A DNA stretch of 64,000 nt from the NCBI GenBank assembly GCA_037443565.1, contig JBBIOB010000001.1:97774-161773 (forward strand), given 5' to 3'. Source of the stretch: Armatimonadota bacterium (GTDB lineage Bacteria; Sysuimicrobiota; Sysuimicrobiia; Sysuimicrobiales; Humicultoraceae). How positions within the stretch are numbered: position 1 is the stretch's first letter; each line of letters starts with the position of its first letter. The position numbers were made by a program, and so were the translations under genes. This document shows positions 44,576 to 53,317 of this stretch, one piece after another. The notes below the pieces were generated by a model. That model was given only the letters and a program-made list of their open reading frames with translations. It ran no database searches and was not told the origin of the DNA.

Positions 44576-45433
44576 TTAGCGCGCTCCTTCCTGCCGTCGG
44601 GAGAAGGGACGATCCGGGGGGCCATCGTAGAACTCCGGCTTCTGCAGCGACAGGTCCAGTGGCTGCACGATCGAGGCGTTGGTCGATGCCCGCCAGCCCC
44701 GCTCGCGGTGCAGCTCTTCGTAGGTATGGGCGATCAGCGATACGGTGCGCGACAGCAGGTACACGCCCTTGATCAGGTCCAGATCGAATCCCATGTCCAT
44801 GCAGATTGCGCCCACCGCGCCGGGACCGTTCAGGTAGATGCGCCGCCCCCAGAACTCCTCGGTGGCCGACTCGATGGCCCTTGCCATCTCCACGTGGCGG
44901 GCGGCGACGCCGTATTCATCCGCCAGCTCGAGGAGGCGCGCCGTGCGCGGGTCGATGATGTGCTGCGCGTGATGGTACCCCGGCAGCCGCCGGCCTTCGC
45001 GCCTGGCCTCGCCCGCAGTCCGGCGGGCGGCATCTCCGAGGGAGAGTCCATCGCGATCCATCAGGGCGACCGCGTCTCTGAAGAGCTCGGCTGGGCGGTC
45101 GGCTGTGCCGTGCAGTGACCCCAGGGTCATGATCCCGCCGGCCACGCCGACGTTCAGCGGAACCCCGCCGGAGGTGACGAACCGGCAGGCCGCCGACGAG
45201 GGGGAGAACGCGTGCTCGGCCTGGTTGACCAGGATGGCGTCGAGCATGCGCGCGTGATGTTCGGGCGGCAGCTCCCCCCGCCAGACGAGATAGGCCATCT
45301 CGGTGAACGAGATGTTGCCGGTCAGGTCGTTGATGTTGTAGCCGCGGACGACCACGCGGTCCCTGGTCTTGTACGCGATCGCCGTCCGCCAGTGAAACGG
45401 CTCGCGCTCCTTGACCGCCGCAGAATCCATCAT
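44576..45433 (-). CDS. Citrate synthase-family small protein (citryl-CoA lyase-like)
   Basis: 285 aa. PGYHHAQHIIDPRTARL parallels the citrate synthase GFGHRVYK..DPRA catalytic His loop. Its size matches citryl-CoA lyase-type short homologs. Confidence 0.5.
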   Translation of the reverse strand: MMDSAAVKEREPFHWRTAIAYKTRDRVVVRGYNINDLTGNISFTEMAYLVWRGELPPEHHARMLDAILVNQAEHAFSPSSAACRFVTSGGVPLNVGVAGGIMTLGSLHGTADRPAELFRDAVALMDRDGLSLGDAARRTAGEARREGRRLPGYHHAQHIIDPRTARLLELADEYGVAARHVEMARAIESATEEFWGRRIYLNGPGAVGAICMDMGFDLDLIKGVYLLSRTVSLIAHTYEELHRERGWRASTNASIVQPLDLSLQKPEFYDGPPDRPFSRRQEGAR

Positions 45434-46251
45434 GCCCTCCTTGAAGACGCTGCCTCTTCGGCCTTCAGATAGAGCCGCCCGGGATCCAGCTCGTCACGCA
45501 GCACGCGGAGGTCATCCGACGCCGGCGGCGCCACCGCGCGCAGATCCGGTGCCACCTCCGGTCGAAACCCCGTCTCCGCCAGCACCTCCTCGACCCGGAC
45601 ACCGGGCATGAGCGCGGTCACGCGGAGGGCGCAGGTCTCGGGGTCGTTCTCCATGACCGCCAGGTCGGTCACCACGGCGACTGAGAAATCCGGGTTCAAT
45701 CCGGCCCGCTGCCGGCCGCCGGGGCCGTCCAAGAATCCGGGGCTCGTGATGTAGTCGCAGCGTTCGGGAAACCTCCGGCGCTCGTGATGCGTGATGATCA
45801 GCAGGCGCCTGCAGTGGGAAGCCATGTCGTTGGCCCCGCCGCTGCCCGGCAGCCGGCGAATGCCGTGTGGACGAGCGATCTGGGTCGAGTTGATGTTGGC
45901 GTACCGGTCGATCTGGGCGCCCCCGAGAAAGCCGACGTCGATGAGGCCCCGCTGGAGCAGGCCGCCCAGGACCTCGCGCAGCGTCCCGAGCCGCACCGCC
46001 CTATACATGGCCTTCGGGTCCGACACCGAGATGGGGGTGGGGCGGACCTGCGGCGCGATCACGCCGCTCTCGATGACCATGACGATGTGGGGCGCGTGGG
46101 TGCGCTGGGCCAGCGTGGTCGCCAGCAGCGGCAGTCCCGTGCCGACGAACACCACCTCGCCGTCCCGAAGCCGCCTGGCGGCCTCGATGACCATCAACTC
46201 CTGGCGCGAGGCTCCTGCGCCGACGGCGGGTGTGTCGCCGGAAGGCATCAC
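45430..46251 (-). CDS. CoA-transferase subunit B (3-oxoacid/glutaconate CoA-transferase family)
   Basis: 273 aa. VNLGIG-like region (VGTGLP) and the glutamate-containing C-terminal region of family I CoA transferases. 4-bp overlaps on both sides. Confidence 0.65.
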   Translation of the reverse strand: MMPSGDTPAVGAGASRQELMVIEAARRLRDGEVVFVGTGLPLLATTLAQRTHAPHIVMVIESGVIAPQVRPTPISVSDPKAMYRAVRLGTLREVLGGLLQRGLIDVGFLGGAQIDRYANINSTQIARPHGIRRLPGSGGANDMASHCRRLLIITHHERRRFPERCDYITSPGFLDGPGGRQRAGLNPDFSVAVVTDLAVMENDPETCALRVTALMPGVRVEEVLAETGFRPEVAPDLRAVAPPASDDLRVLRDELDPGRLYLKAEEAASSRRA

Positions 46252-47162
46252 GTTATCTCCCGCATGGCCTCGGCCAGCGCTTCGAGGTGCGGCGGGCCCG
46301 CGGCCCGCATCAGGTAGCCGTCGAAGGTGCCGTGTGCCCAGACGTTCGCCGCGAGGTAGGCCTCAACGGCCGGACCGCCGGCGCGCGCGGCCTCCTGGTA
46401 GGCGGACACTTCGTCGGCATCGTAGTCGTAGAAGCCATAGGTGGACGTGGGGTAGGCGCCGCAGGGCTGCACTACCACGGCGTCCACATACAGGAACGGC
46501 ACCGTCGTGCGCTCGGGATGGGCCCGGACCTCGTCGGTCGTGATGAGCGTCTCGCAGCTGACGATGACGTGCCGCGAGGCGCGGATCATCTCGGGCTCGT
46601 GCGTCGCAAACCCCTCGATGATGATGTTGCCGAGGGGGTCGGCGCGCTGCACGTGCACGATCGAGACGTCCGGCTGGAGGGCGGGAACCAGCACCACCGG
46701 CTCGGCCGGACTCCACGGGTTCTCGGTAACGACGGCTTTCCCCGGCCGGCCGCCGTCTGGTGGCGGCAACAGGTCTGAGCCCAGCAGGCTCCGGACCGGC
46801 ATGAACGGCACGCCCATCTCGCCCGCGAGGAAGCGGCTCACCATCGCCAGATGGCTGTAGTCTTCCACCTCAAGGGTGCCGTCCTCGATGCCGCGCCGCC
46901 AGCAGAACGTGGTGCCAAACCGCTCTAGATTGCCGGAGCCGCTCTCGCACCGCCTCACGAGCCCGGCGCCTACGAGCTGGTCCATCCCGATCGACAGGTT
47001 GCAGCCCACGACGGTCAGGCCGCCGATCCGCTGGCGGATGATCTCATGGGTCAGGGCCATCGGCACCCGGCCGATGTTCTGCCCGCCCATGCCGAGTACG
47101 GCGCCGGGGCGTACGAACCGCGCCACGGCCTCGGCCGCGCTCATGACCTTGTCCGCGTACAT
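46248..47162 (-). CDS. CoA-transferase subunit A
   Basis: 304 aa. Family I CoA-transferase A subunit fold (VLGMGGQNIG... , VDYSHLA...). First gene of the minus-strand operon. Confidence 0.65.
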   Translation of the reverse strand: MYADKVMSAAEAVARFVRPGAVLGMGGQNIGRVPMALTHEIIRQRIGGLTVVGCNLSIGMDQLVGAGLVRRCESGSGNLERFGTTFCWRRGIEDGTLEVEDYSHLAMVSRFLAGEMGVPFMPVRSLLGSDLLPPPDGGRPGKAVVTENPWSPAEPVVLVPALQPDVSIVHVQRADPLGNIIIEGFATHEPEMIRASRHVIVSCETLITTDEVRAHPERTTVPFLYVDAVVVQPCGAYPTSTYGFYDYDADEVSAYQEAARAGGPAVEAYLAANVWAHGTFDGYLMRAAGPPHLEALAEAMREIT

Positions 47163-47224
47163 GCTTGCAGTGGATTATCGGCCCCGCCGACAAATAAAGT
47201 CAAATAAGGAGATTTGCTCATCCT

Positions 47225-47239
47225 ATAAGTGGCACTTAT
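47225..47239. promoter_or_regulatory. Perfect 15-bp palindrome ATAAGTG-G-CACTTAT (a T-N11-A LysR box) in the divergent promoter
   Basis: Read directly from the sequence. It lies between the CoA-transferase operon start (47162) and the LysR gene, preceded by the AT-rich direct repeat CAAATAAAGTCAAATAAGGAG. Confidence 0.45.
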
Positions 47240-47357
47240 GAAAGGCCCGCGGCAGGCTGGAGGGATTCGCCGGCCCGAGGTTCAATCATCTCCTGACAAC
47301 GGCATGGGACGTTCTCCCTTTCGCACCCCGTCGGGATCGACACTCGCCGCGGGACAG

Positions 47358-48320
47358 ATGGGCGGCGGCATCCCGCTGGCGCCGTTGAGGACTTTTCACC
47401 TTGCGGCGATGCATCAGAGTTTCAACCGGGCCGCCCGGCATCTGGGCGTCACGCAGCCGGCGGTGACGCAGCAGATCCGCCGGCTGGAGCAGGCCGTCGG
47501 GCTCCGGCTGTTCCACCGGGAGGGCCGGCGCCTGGCGTTGACCGACGCGGGGCACACCCTTCGCACCTTTACCGGCCGCATCTTCCATCTCGTCGAGGCC
47601 GCGCGTGAAGCCCTCGAGGGCGCCTCGGCGCTGCAGACCGGCCACCTGCGGGTGGGAGCCAGCCGCACCGCCGGTGCTTATTACATCGCCGCCCTGATCG
47701 ACCGGTTCAAGCGGCGCTATCCCGGGGTGAAGGTGAGCCTCTCGGTCGGCAACTCTCAGATGATCGTGGCCGGCGTCCTGGACTTCAGCCTGCACGCGGG
47801 GCTGGTTGCCGGCCGGCCCGACGACCCTCACCTGGTCGCGCTGCCGCTCATCCGAGACCGGATGCTGGTCGTGCTCCCGCCCGACCACCGCCTCGCGCGC
47901 AAGTCCGCGCTCTCCATTGAGGATCTCCGCGGATCCCCCCTGGCGATGCGCGAGCCCGGCTCCACGACCCGGCACCTGATCGAGCAGGCGTTCGCGGCGT
48001 CCGGGTTGACCGTGGATCCTTCCATGGAGCTCGAGAGCAACGAAGCGATCAAGAGCGCGGTGGCCGATGGCATCGTGGTGGCGATCATGGCCCACGCCGC
48101 GGTGGCGGACGACCTGGCCGCGGGGCGCCTTGTCGGCCGCCGGCTGCGCCGACCGCTCTGGATCGACTTCGCGCTGGTTTACCACCGCGACCGCATCCTC
48201 TCACCTGTGCTTGCTTCGTTCCTGGCCCTGCTGCCGCGCCGTCAGCCGCCGGCGCGGCCGCGGCAGACATCGAGCGGGACGGCCCGACGCGGGCCGGCCG
48301 GACATCTGGAGGTCTCGTGA
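47358..48320 (+). CDS. LysR-family transcriptional regulator
   Basis: HTH LRTFHLAAMHQSFNRAARHLGVTQPAVTQQIRRLE plus a LysR substrate-binding domain. The start is assigned to the Met immediately before the HTH; the six-frame ORF extends upstream to 47229. Confidence 0.75.
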   Translation: MGGGIPLAPLRTFHLAAMHQSFNRAARHLGVTQPAVTQQIRRLEQAVGLRLFHREGRRLALTDAGHTLRTFTGRIFHLVEAAREALEGASALQTGHLRVGASRTAGAYYIAALIDRFKRRYPGVKVSLSVGNSQMIVAGVLDFSLHAGLVAGRPDDPHLVALPLIRDRMLVVLPPDHRLARKSALSIEDLRGSPLAMREPGSTTRHLIEQAFAASGLTVDPSMELESNEAIKSAVADGIVVAIMAHAAVADDLAAGRLVGRRLRRPLWIDFALVYHRDRILSPVLASFLALLPRRQPPARPRQTSSGTARRGPAGHLEVS

Positions 48321-49696
48321 TGGATGCGATGATGCCCGACCGGTCGGAAGGCGACATCAACCTGACGTCGCTACGCACGGCCTGGCAGGCGGAGGCCCTC
48401 GACGCGCAGACGCGGGCGCTGCTCGATGAGGACGCCCGCTACTTCCTGCACCAGTCGCTGTCCACCCCCTGCCTGAACGCGCTGCGGCGTGCGGACGGCA
48501 TCTACCTCGAGGACCTCCAGGGCCGGCGCTACATGGACTTCCACGGAAACAGCGTCCACCAGGTCGGCTTCGCGAATCCCGCGGTGATCGCCGCGGTCAA
48601 GGCGCAGCTCGATGACTTGAGCTTCTGTCCTCGCCGCTACACGAACCGGACCGCGGTGGCCCTGGCGCGGAAGCTCGCCGCGCTCGCGCCCGACGACCTC
48701 AACAAGGTGCTGCTCTGCCCGAGCGGGACCGGCGCGATCGGCATCGCGCTCAAGCTCGCCCGGGTGGTCACCGGCCGCCACAAGACCATCTCAATGTGGG
48801 ATTCGTTCCACGGCGCCTCGCTCGATGCCATTTCGGTCGGCGGGGAGGCGCTCTTCCGGCGCGGGATTGGCCCCCTCCTGCCAGGGGCGGCGCATGTGCC
48901 GCCGCCCGATCCCTACCGCTGCGCCTGGGACTGCGGCGGCCGCGGCGGGTGCGATCTGCAGTGCGCCCGACACATCGAGTACGTGCTGGAGAAGGAAGGC
49001 GATGTGGCCGCCGTGATGGCCGAGACCGTACGCAGCCTTCCGGTGATCCCGGCCCCCGACTTCTGGCGGACCGTCCGGCGCGCCTGCGACCGCCACGGCG
49101 CGCTGCTGATCCTCGACGAGATCCCCAACGGCCTCGGCCGCACCGGCGCGATGTTCGCCTGCGAGCACTTCGGCGTCACGCCCGACGTGCTCGTGCTCGG
49201 GAAGGGGCTGGGCGGCGGGATCCTTCCGATGGCCGCGGTCATCACGCGCGATCGCTTCAACGTCGCGGGGGACCTCGCGCTCGGCCACTACACGCACGAG
49301 AAGAACCCGGTGGCCTGCGCGGCCGCGCTCGCGACGATCCGGTACATCGAGGAGCACGGGCTGATCGCGCACGCGCGGGACCTCGGGCGGTCCGCGATGA
49401 GGCGGCTGTCGGCGATGCAGGCGCGCCATCCGCTGGTCGGCGATGTCCGCGGCCTGGGGCTGCTGATGGGGGTCGAGCTCGTGACCGACCGCGCGTCGCG
49501 GACCCGCGCCGTGGCCGAGGCCGAGGCGGTCATGTACCGCGCGCTCACCAGGGGGCTGAGCTTCAAGTTGACGATGGGCAACATCATCACGCTCAGCCCG
49601 CCGTTGACGATCACCCGCGAGGAGATGGATCGGGCCCTCGACATCCTGGACGCCTGCCTGACCGAGGTCGAATCTCTCAAGGAGAGGCGCGGATGA
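48317..49696 (+). CDS. Class III aminotransferase (omega-amino acid/ taurine-pyruvate aminotransferase-like)
   Basis: 459 aa. The AT-III fold with GNSVHQVGFANP, DEIPNGLGRTG, PLP-Lys region (VLGKGLGGG). Start overlaps the LysR stop. Confidence 0.8.
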   Translation: MMDAMMPDRSEGDINLTSLRTAWQAEALDAQTRALLDEDARYFLHQSLSTPCLNALRRADGIYLEDLQGRRYMDFHGNSVHQVGFANPAVIAAVKAQLDDLSFCPRRYTNRTAVALARKLAALAPDDLNKVLLCPSGTGAIGIALKLARVVTGRHKTISMWDSFHGASLDAISVGGEALFRRGIGPLLPGAAHVPPPDPYRCAWDCGGRGGCDLQCARHIEYVLEKEGDVAAVMAETVRSLPVIPAPDFWRTVRRACDRHGALLILDEIPNGLGRTGAMFACEHFGVTPDVLVLGKGLGGGILPMAAVITRDRFNVAGDLALGHYTHEKNPVACAAALATIRYIEEHGLIAHARDLGRSAMRRLSAMQARHPLVGDVRGLGLLMGVELVTDRASRTRAVAEAEAVMYRALTRGLSFKLTMGNIITLSPPLTITREEMDRALDILDACLTEVESLKERRG

Positions 49697-50352
49697 TCGA
49701 TCAACCGGAGTGTGCCCCCGGCCAGACCCTGCTCTACACGCTGCGGCACGGGCTGACCGAGCTCAACCGGTCGAAGCGGACCGGCGGCCGGCTGGATGCT
49801 CCCCTCATCGACGTGGGACGACAGCAGGCCCAGGAGGCCCGCGCCAACTTCAATGGGACGCCGCTGGACGTGGTCATCGCCTCCAGCCTGCGGCGCGCCG
49901 TCGAGACGGCGGAGATCGTGACCGGGTGGCCGCGCGAGCGCATCATCATCGACGACCTGGCCATCGAGCGGTCGTTCGGCGAGATGGAAGGGCTGACGCA
50001 GGACGAGATCCGCGTCCGCTTTCCCCAGGTGATCTACGTGCCGATCGAGCACGTCCGGTACTCGCTCAATCCGCCGAGTGGCGAGTCGTTCGAGGCCCTG
50101 CGGGCGCGGGCCCGGGCGTTTCTGGAGAAGACCCTCGGCGCCCATCGCGGCAGGAGGGTCCTCGTCTCGTCGCACCAGAACTTCATGCAGCAGCTCCACG
50201 CCGAGTTGCGCGGACTGGACCCGTACGCCGCGCTGCGGTACGACATCCTGAACCTGGAGCTCAACCAGTTCCACCTCGACACCGACGGCCGGCTGCTTGG
50301 CCACCGCGTCTACTACCTCTGTCCGGACGCCTCGAAATACCCTTCATTCTGA
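49693..50352 (+). CDS. Histidine phosphatase (phosphoglycerate-mutase-like) family protein
   Basis: 219 aa. RHG catalytic motif (LRHGLTELN) and a later H (SSHQNF). ATGA overlap with the upstream stop. Confidence 0.6.
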   Translation: MIDQPECAPGQTLLYTLRHGLTELNRSKRTGGRLDAPLIDVGRQQAQEARANFNGTPLDVVIASSLRRAVETAEIVTGWPRERIIIDDLAIERSFGEMEGLTQDEIRVRFPQVIYVPIEHVRYSLNPPSGESFEALRARARAFLEKTLGAHRGRRVLVSSHQNFMQQLHAELRGLDPYAALRYDILNLELNQFHLDTDGRLLGHRVYYLCPDASKYPSF

Positions 50353-50365
50353 GGCGGCGCGCGTC

Positions 50366-51661
50366 GTGACGGTGTCTCGAGCGTTGCGCGTGCCGGTCCC
50401 GGCCGCCATTGAAGCTCTGGCCGACCAGTATGGTCGCCGTTTCCCGCCGGCGCTGCGCGGCATGCGCCGGATCGGCCGCGAGGCGGAGTTCCCGCTCGTC
50501 TGGCCCGATGGGCGCGCCGGCGACGCCTCGCTGTTGTGGGAACCGCTGCTGGCCGAGGGCGGCGGTCGGGTGGCCTACGATGATGCCGCCGGCGGGAGCA
50601 TGATCGTGAGGGTGGACTTCGGCGCCGTGGGCTACGAGATCGAGATGGGACGCGCGACGGTGGAGGTCGTCCTCCCGCCGGCCGACGATCTCCACCAACT
50701 CGCGGCAATCTCGGAGGTGGCGGTCGGACGTCTGGTGCGCGCGGCGACGTCCCGGGGGATGGTTGTGATGGGGTATGGCATCCAGCCCCGCACCCCGGGT
50801 CTTGCGGCGTTGATGACGCCGAAGCGGCGCTACATCGCCCTGCACCGCGCCGTCGGACGGCACTGGTTGCACTTCACCACCACTGCCAGCGACCAGACGC
50901 AGGTCGACGTTGCCAGGTCCGAGCTCGTCGACGTCACCAACGTGATGAACCTCCTGGCCGGACCGATCATCGCGCTCACGGCAAATTCCTCGGTGTATGC
51001 GGGCCGGGTCGGCCGCTTCGTCTCCGGACGAGAGGGGTTGCTGGGCACGTTAGGCCGTCACCGCCACGGCATGACTCCCCGCAGGTTCACCTCTCTTGAG
51101 GACTGGCTCGCGTTCATCTGCGGGCAGACCTGTCACGTGTTGCCGCGGGGCAGGCGCTTCGTGCCGTACGGCCGGCCGTTCGCGGCGTATCTGGCGACCC
51201 ACGGTCCGGACCTCAAGGCATACCTGTGGCATGAGCACTACGTCTGGCACAGCGCGCGCCTGCGCGCGCACCATGCGACCATCGAGATCCGGCCGGCCTG
51301 CCAGCAGCCGCCGGACCAGCCGTTGGCCGCCGCGGCGCTGTCGCTGGGGCTGGTCGAAGCCTGGCCGAGCCTATGGGCGCTCGTACGCGATCGGCTCGGC
51401 CCCGATCCATGGCCGGCCATGAAGATCTATCGTGCCGGAGCGATACGCCGCGGGCTTCGGGCCCGCGAGCCCGCGCCCGGCTTCCTCGCCGAACTGGTGG
51501 CCCTCTGCGAGGAGGCGTTGCGGCGCCGGGGCCGCGGTGAGGAAACGTTCCTGCAGCCGATCCACCACCGCCTGGAGATGCGCCAGGTGCCGGCGGATCG
51601 TGCCGCGCGGCTGTTCCGCTCCGGCGGCATCCTGGCGCTGATCGACGGCATGAAGTTCTGA
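50366..51661 (+). CDS. Glutamate-cysteine ligase family 2 (GCS2/YbdK-type carboxylate-amine ligase)
   Basis: About 431 aa from the GTG at 50366. EAEFPLV..., the GCS2 central fold, and length all fit YbdK/EgtA-type ligases. Confidence 0.55.
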   Translation: MTVSRALRVPVPAAIEALADQYGRRFPPALRGMRRIGREAEFPLVWPDGRAGDASLLWEPLLAEGGGRVAYDDAAGGSMIVRVDFGAVGYEIEMGRATVEVVLPPADDLHQLAAISEVAVGRLVRAATSRGMVVMGYGIQPRTPGLAALMTPKRRYIALHRAVGRHWLHFTTTASDQTQVDVARSELVDVTNVMNLLAGPIIALTANSSVYAGRVGRFVSGREGLLGTLGRHRHGMTPRRFTSLEDWLAFICGQTCHVLPRGRRFVPYGRPFAAYLATHGPDLKAYLWHEHYVWHSARLRAHHATIEIRPACQQPPDQPLAAAALSLGLVEAWPSLWALVRDRLGPDPWPAMKIYRAGAIRRGLRAREPAPGFLAELVALCEEALRRRGRGEETFLQPIHHRLEMRQVPADRAARLFRSGGILALIDGMKF

Positions 51662-51689
51662 GCGCAGCGCACCACACATCCACGGAGGG

Positions 51690-52466
51690 ATGACGATGGG
51701 ACGCCTGGACGGTAAGGTCGTACTGATCACCGGAGCCGGCAGCGGCATGGGCCGGCTGGCCTCAGAGCTGTTCGCGCGGGAGGGCGCGCGGATCGTCGTG
51801 AGCGAGATCGTCGAGGCGGCGGGCCAGGAGACGGTCGCGCGGGTGCGCGCAGCGGGCGGTGAGACCGTCTTCGTCCGCACCGACGTGTCCCGGGAGGCCG
51901 ATGTCGCCGAGGCGGTGCGTGCCGGCGAGGCCGCGTTCGGCAGGATCGACGTGCTCTACAACAACGCGGGTATCTTCCCGGCCGAGGATGGATCGGTCGT
52001 GGATCTCGACGAGGCCGTGTGGGACCGCGTCATGAGCATCAACCTCAAGGGCATCTACCTGGTCTGCAAGCACGGCGTCCCGGCGCTGCTGCGGGCCGGG
52101 GGCGGATCGATCATCAACATCGCGTCGTTCGTGGCGCTCGTCGGCTGCACGGTGCCCCAGGACGCCTACACGGCCAGCAAGGGTGCGGTGATCGCGCTGA
52201 CCAAGTCGCTGGCCGTGCAGTTCGGGCCGAAGGGGATCCGCAGCAATGCGATCTGTCCCGGACCGATCGAGACGCCGCTGCTGACCGAGTGGCTGCTTAC
52301 CAACCCCGAGGCCAAGCGCGTCCGGCTGGCCCGGATTCCGATGGGGCGCTTCGGCCGATCCGAGGACATCGTCTACCTGGCCATGTACCTGGCCTCCGAC
52401 GAGTCGAGCTGGACCAACGGCGCGGTGCTGGTGGCGGACGGAGGCATCACGTCCAACTACTTTTAG
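51690..52466 (+). CDS. Short-chain dehydrogenase/reductase (SDR)
   Basis: TGAGSGMGR (TGxxxGxG), NNAG, YxxxK (YTASKGAV), PG motif. Confidence 0.85.
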   Translation: MTMGRLDGKVVLITGAGSGMGRLASELFAREGARIVVSEIVEAAGQETVARVRAAGGETVFVRTDVSREADVAEAVRAGEAAFGRIDVLYNNAGIFPAEDGSVVDLDEAVWDRVMSINLKGIYLVCKHGVPALLRAGGGSIINIASFVALVGCTVPQDAYTASKGAVIALTKSLAVQFGPKGIRSNAICPGPIETPLLTEWLLTNPEAKRVRLARIPMGRFGRSEDIVYLAMYLASDESSWTNGAVLVADGGITSNYF

Positions 52467-53317
52467 ACCGGCTGCCCCAGCGGTTCCACCTGCCAGGCGC
52501 CGTTGCGCAGCACTGCCAGCGCAACGCAGCCCACCTCGCGAAGCCGCGCCAGGGCCTCATCGTGGAAGCCCGTGACGCCGCGCGGCGCGTGGGCGTCCGT
52601 CGTGACCACGAGGGGTATCTTCAACTCGAGTGCCCGGCGCAGGATCCAGGGGCTGGGATAGGCGTTCCGGACGGCGTTGCCCCAGCCGATCGTGTTGAGT
52701 TCAACGATGAGCCCCGCGCGGGCGCAGGCCGCCAGCGCCGCCTCGACCTCGCCCCGGTACCAGCTCTCATCTTCTTTGAAGTACCGGCCGCCAGTGTTCC
52801 ACTTCTTGATGCGGTCGAGGTGCCCGACAATGACCGCGCGGCCCCAGGACGCCAGGCCGCGGACGCGCTCGTAGTACGCGCCGACCAGCCGGCGGATGTC
52901 GCCGCCGAAGTACCGGTGGAGGCCGGCCTCGAACCCGCGCCGGCTGAGATCGAAGGCCCACGGCACGCCGTCCTCCGTCTCGCCGATGAAGTGCACCGAG
53001 CCGATGAGGTACTCGAAGGGATAGGGCTCGACCAGAGCCCACAGCTGCGCATGACGCTCAGGGATATAGTCGAACTCCAGGCTGAGGTGCACCCGCAGGC
53101 GGTCGCGGTTGGCCTCGCGCAGCCCGGCGACCTCGGCGCAGTAGGCCGGCAGGTGCTCGGCGCGCATCGCCGCCTCGTCGGGAAAGGTAAGCGGCGAATG
53201 GCTGGAGATGCCCAGCGCGTCCAGCCCCGCGGCCGCGGCGGCCTCCACGTACTCGGCGATCTCGCCCCTGCCGTCACAGTAGCGGTTGTGTGTGTGATAG
53301 CTCGTGCGGATCCTCAT
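52463..53317 (-). CDS. PHP-family histidinol-phosphatase-like phosphoesterase
   Basis: 285 aa from the ATG at 53317 (GGAGGAG RBS). MRIRTSYHTHNRYCDGRGE (HxH), GSVHF, TDAH motifs of HisK-type PHP enzymes. The longer six-frame extension was rejected. Confidence 0.65.
   Translation of the reverse strand: MRIRTSYHTHNRYCDGRGEIAEYVEAAAAAGLDALGISSHSPLTFPDEAAMRAEHLPAYCAEVAGLREANRDRLRVHLSLEFDYIPERHAQLWALVEPYPFEYLIGSVHFIGETEDGVPWAFDLSRRGFEAGLHRYFGGDIRRLVGAYYERVRGLASWGRAVIVGHLDRIKKWNTGGRYFKEDESWYRGEVEAALAACARAGLIVELNTIGWGNAVRNAYPSPWILRRALELKIPLVVTTDAHAPRGVTGFHDEALARLREVGCVALAVLRNGAWQVEPLGQPV

Noticed and set aside
37888-47162. Searched the phnW operon for PhnX (HAD phosphonatase) or PhnA (alkaline-phosphatase-fold phosphonoacetate hydrolase)
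   Set aside because: None of the eight proteins has HAD DxD motifs or AlkP-type metal motifs. Their absence is reported as a finding rather than forcing an assignment.
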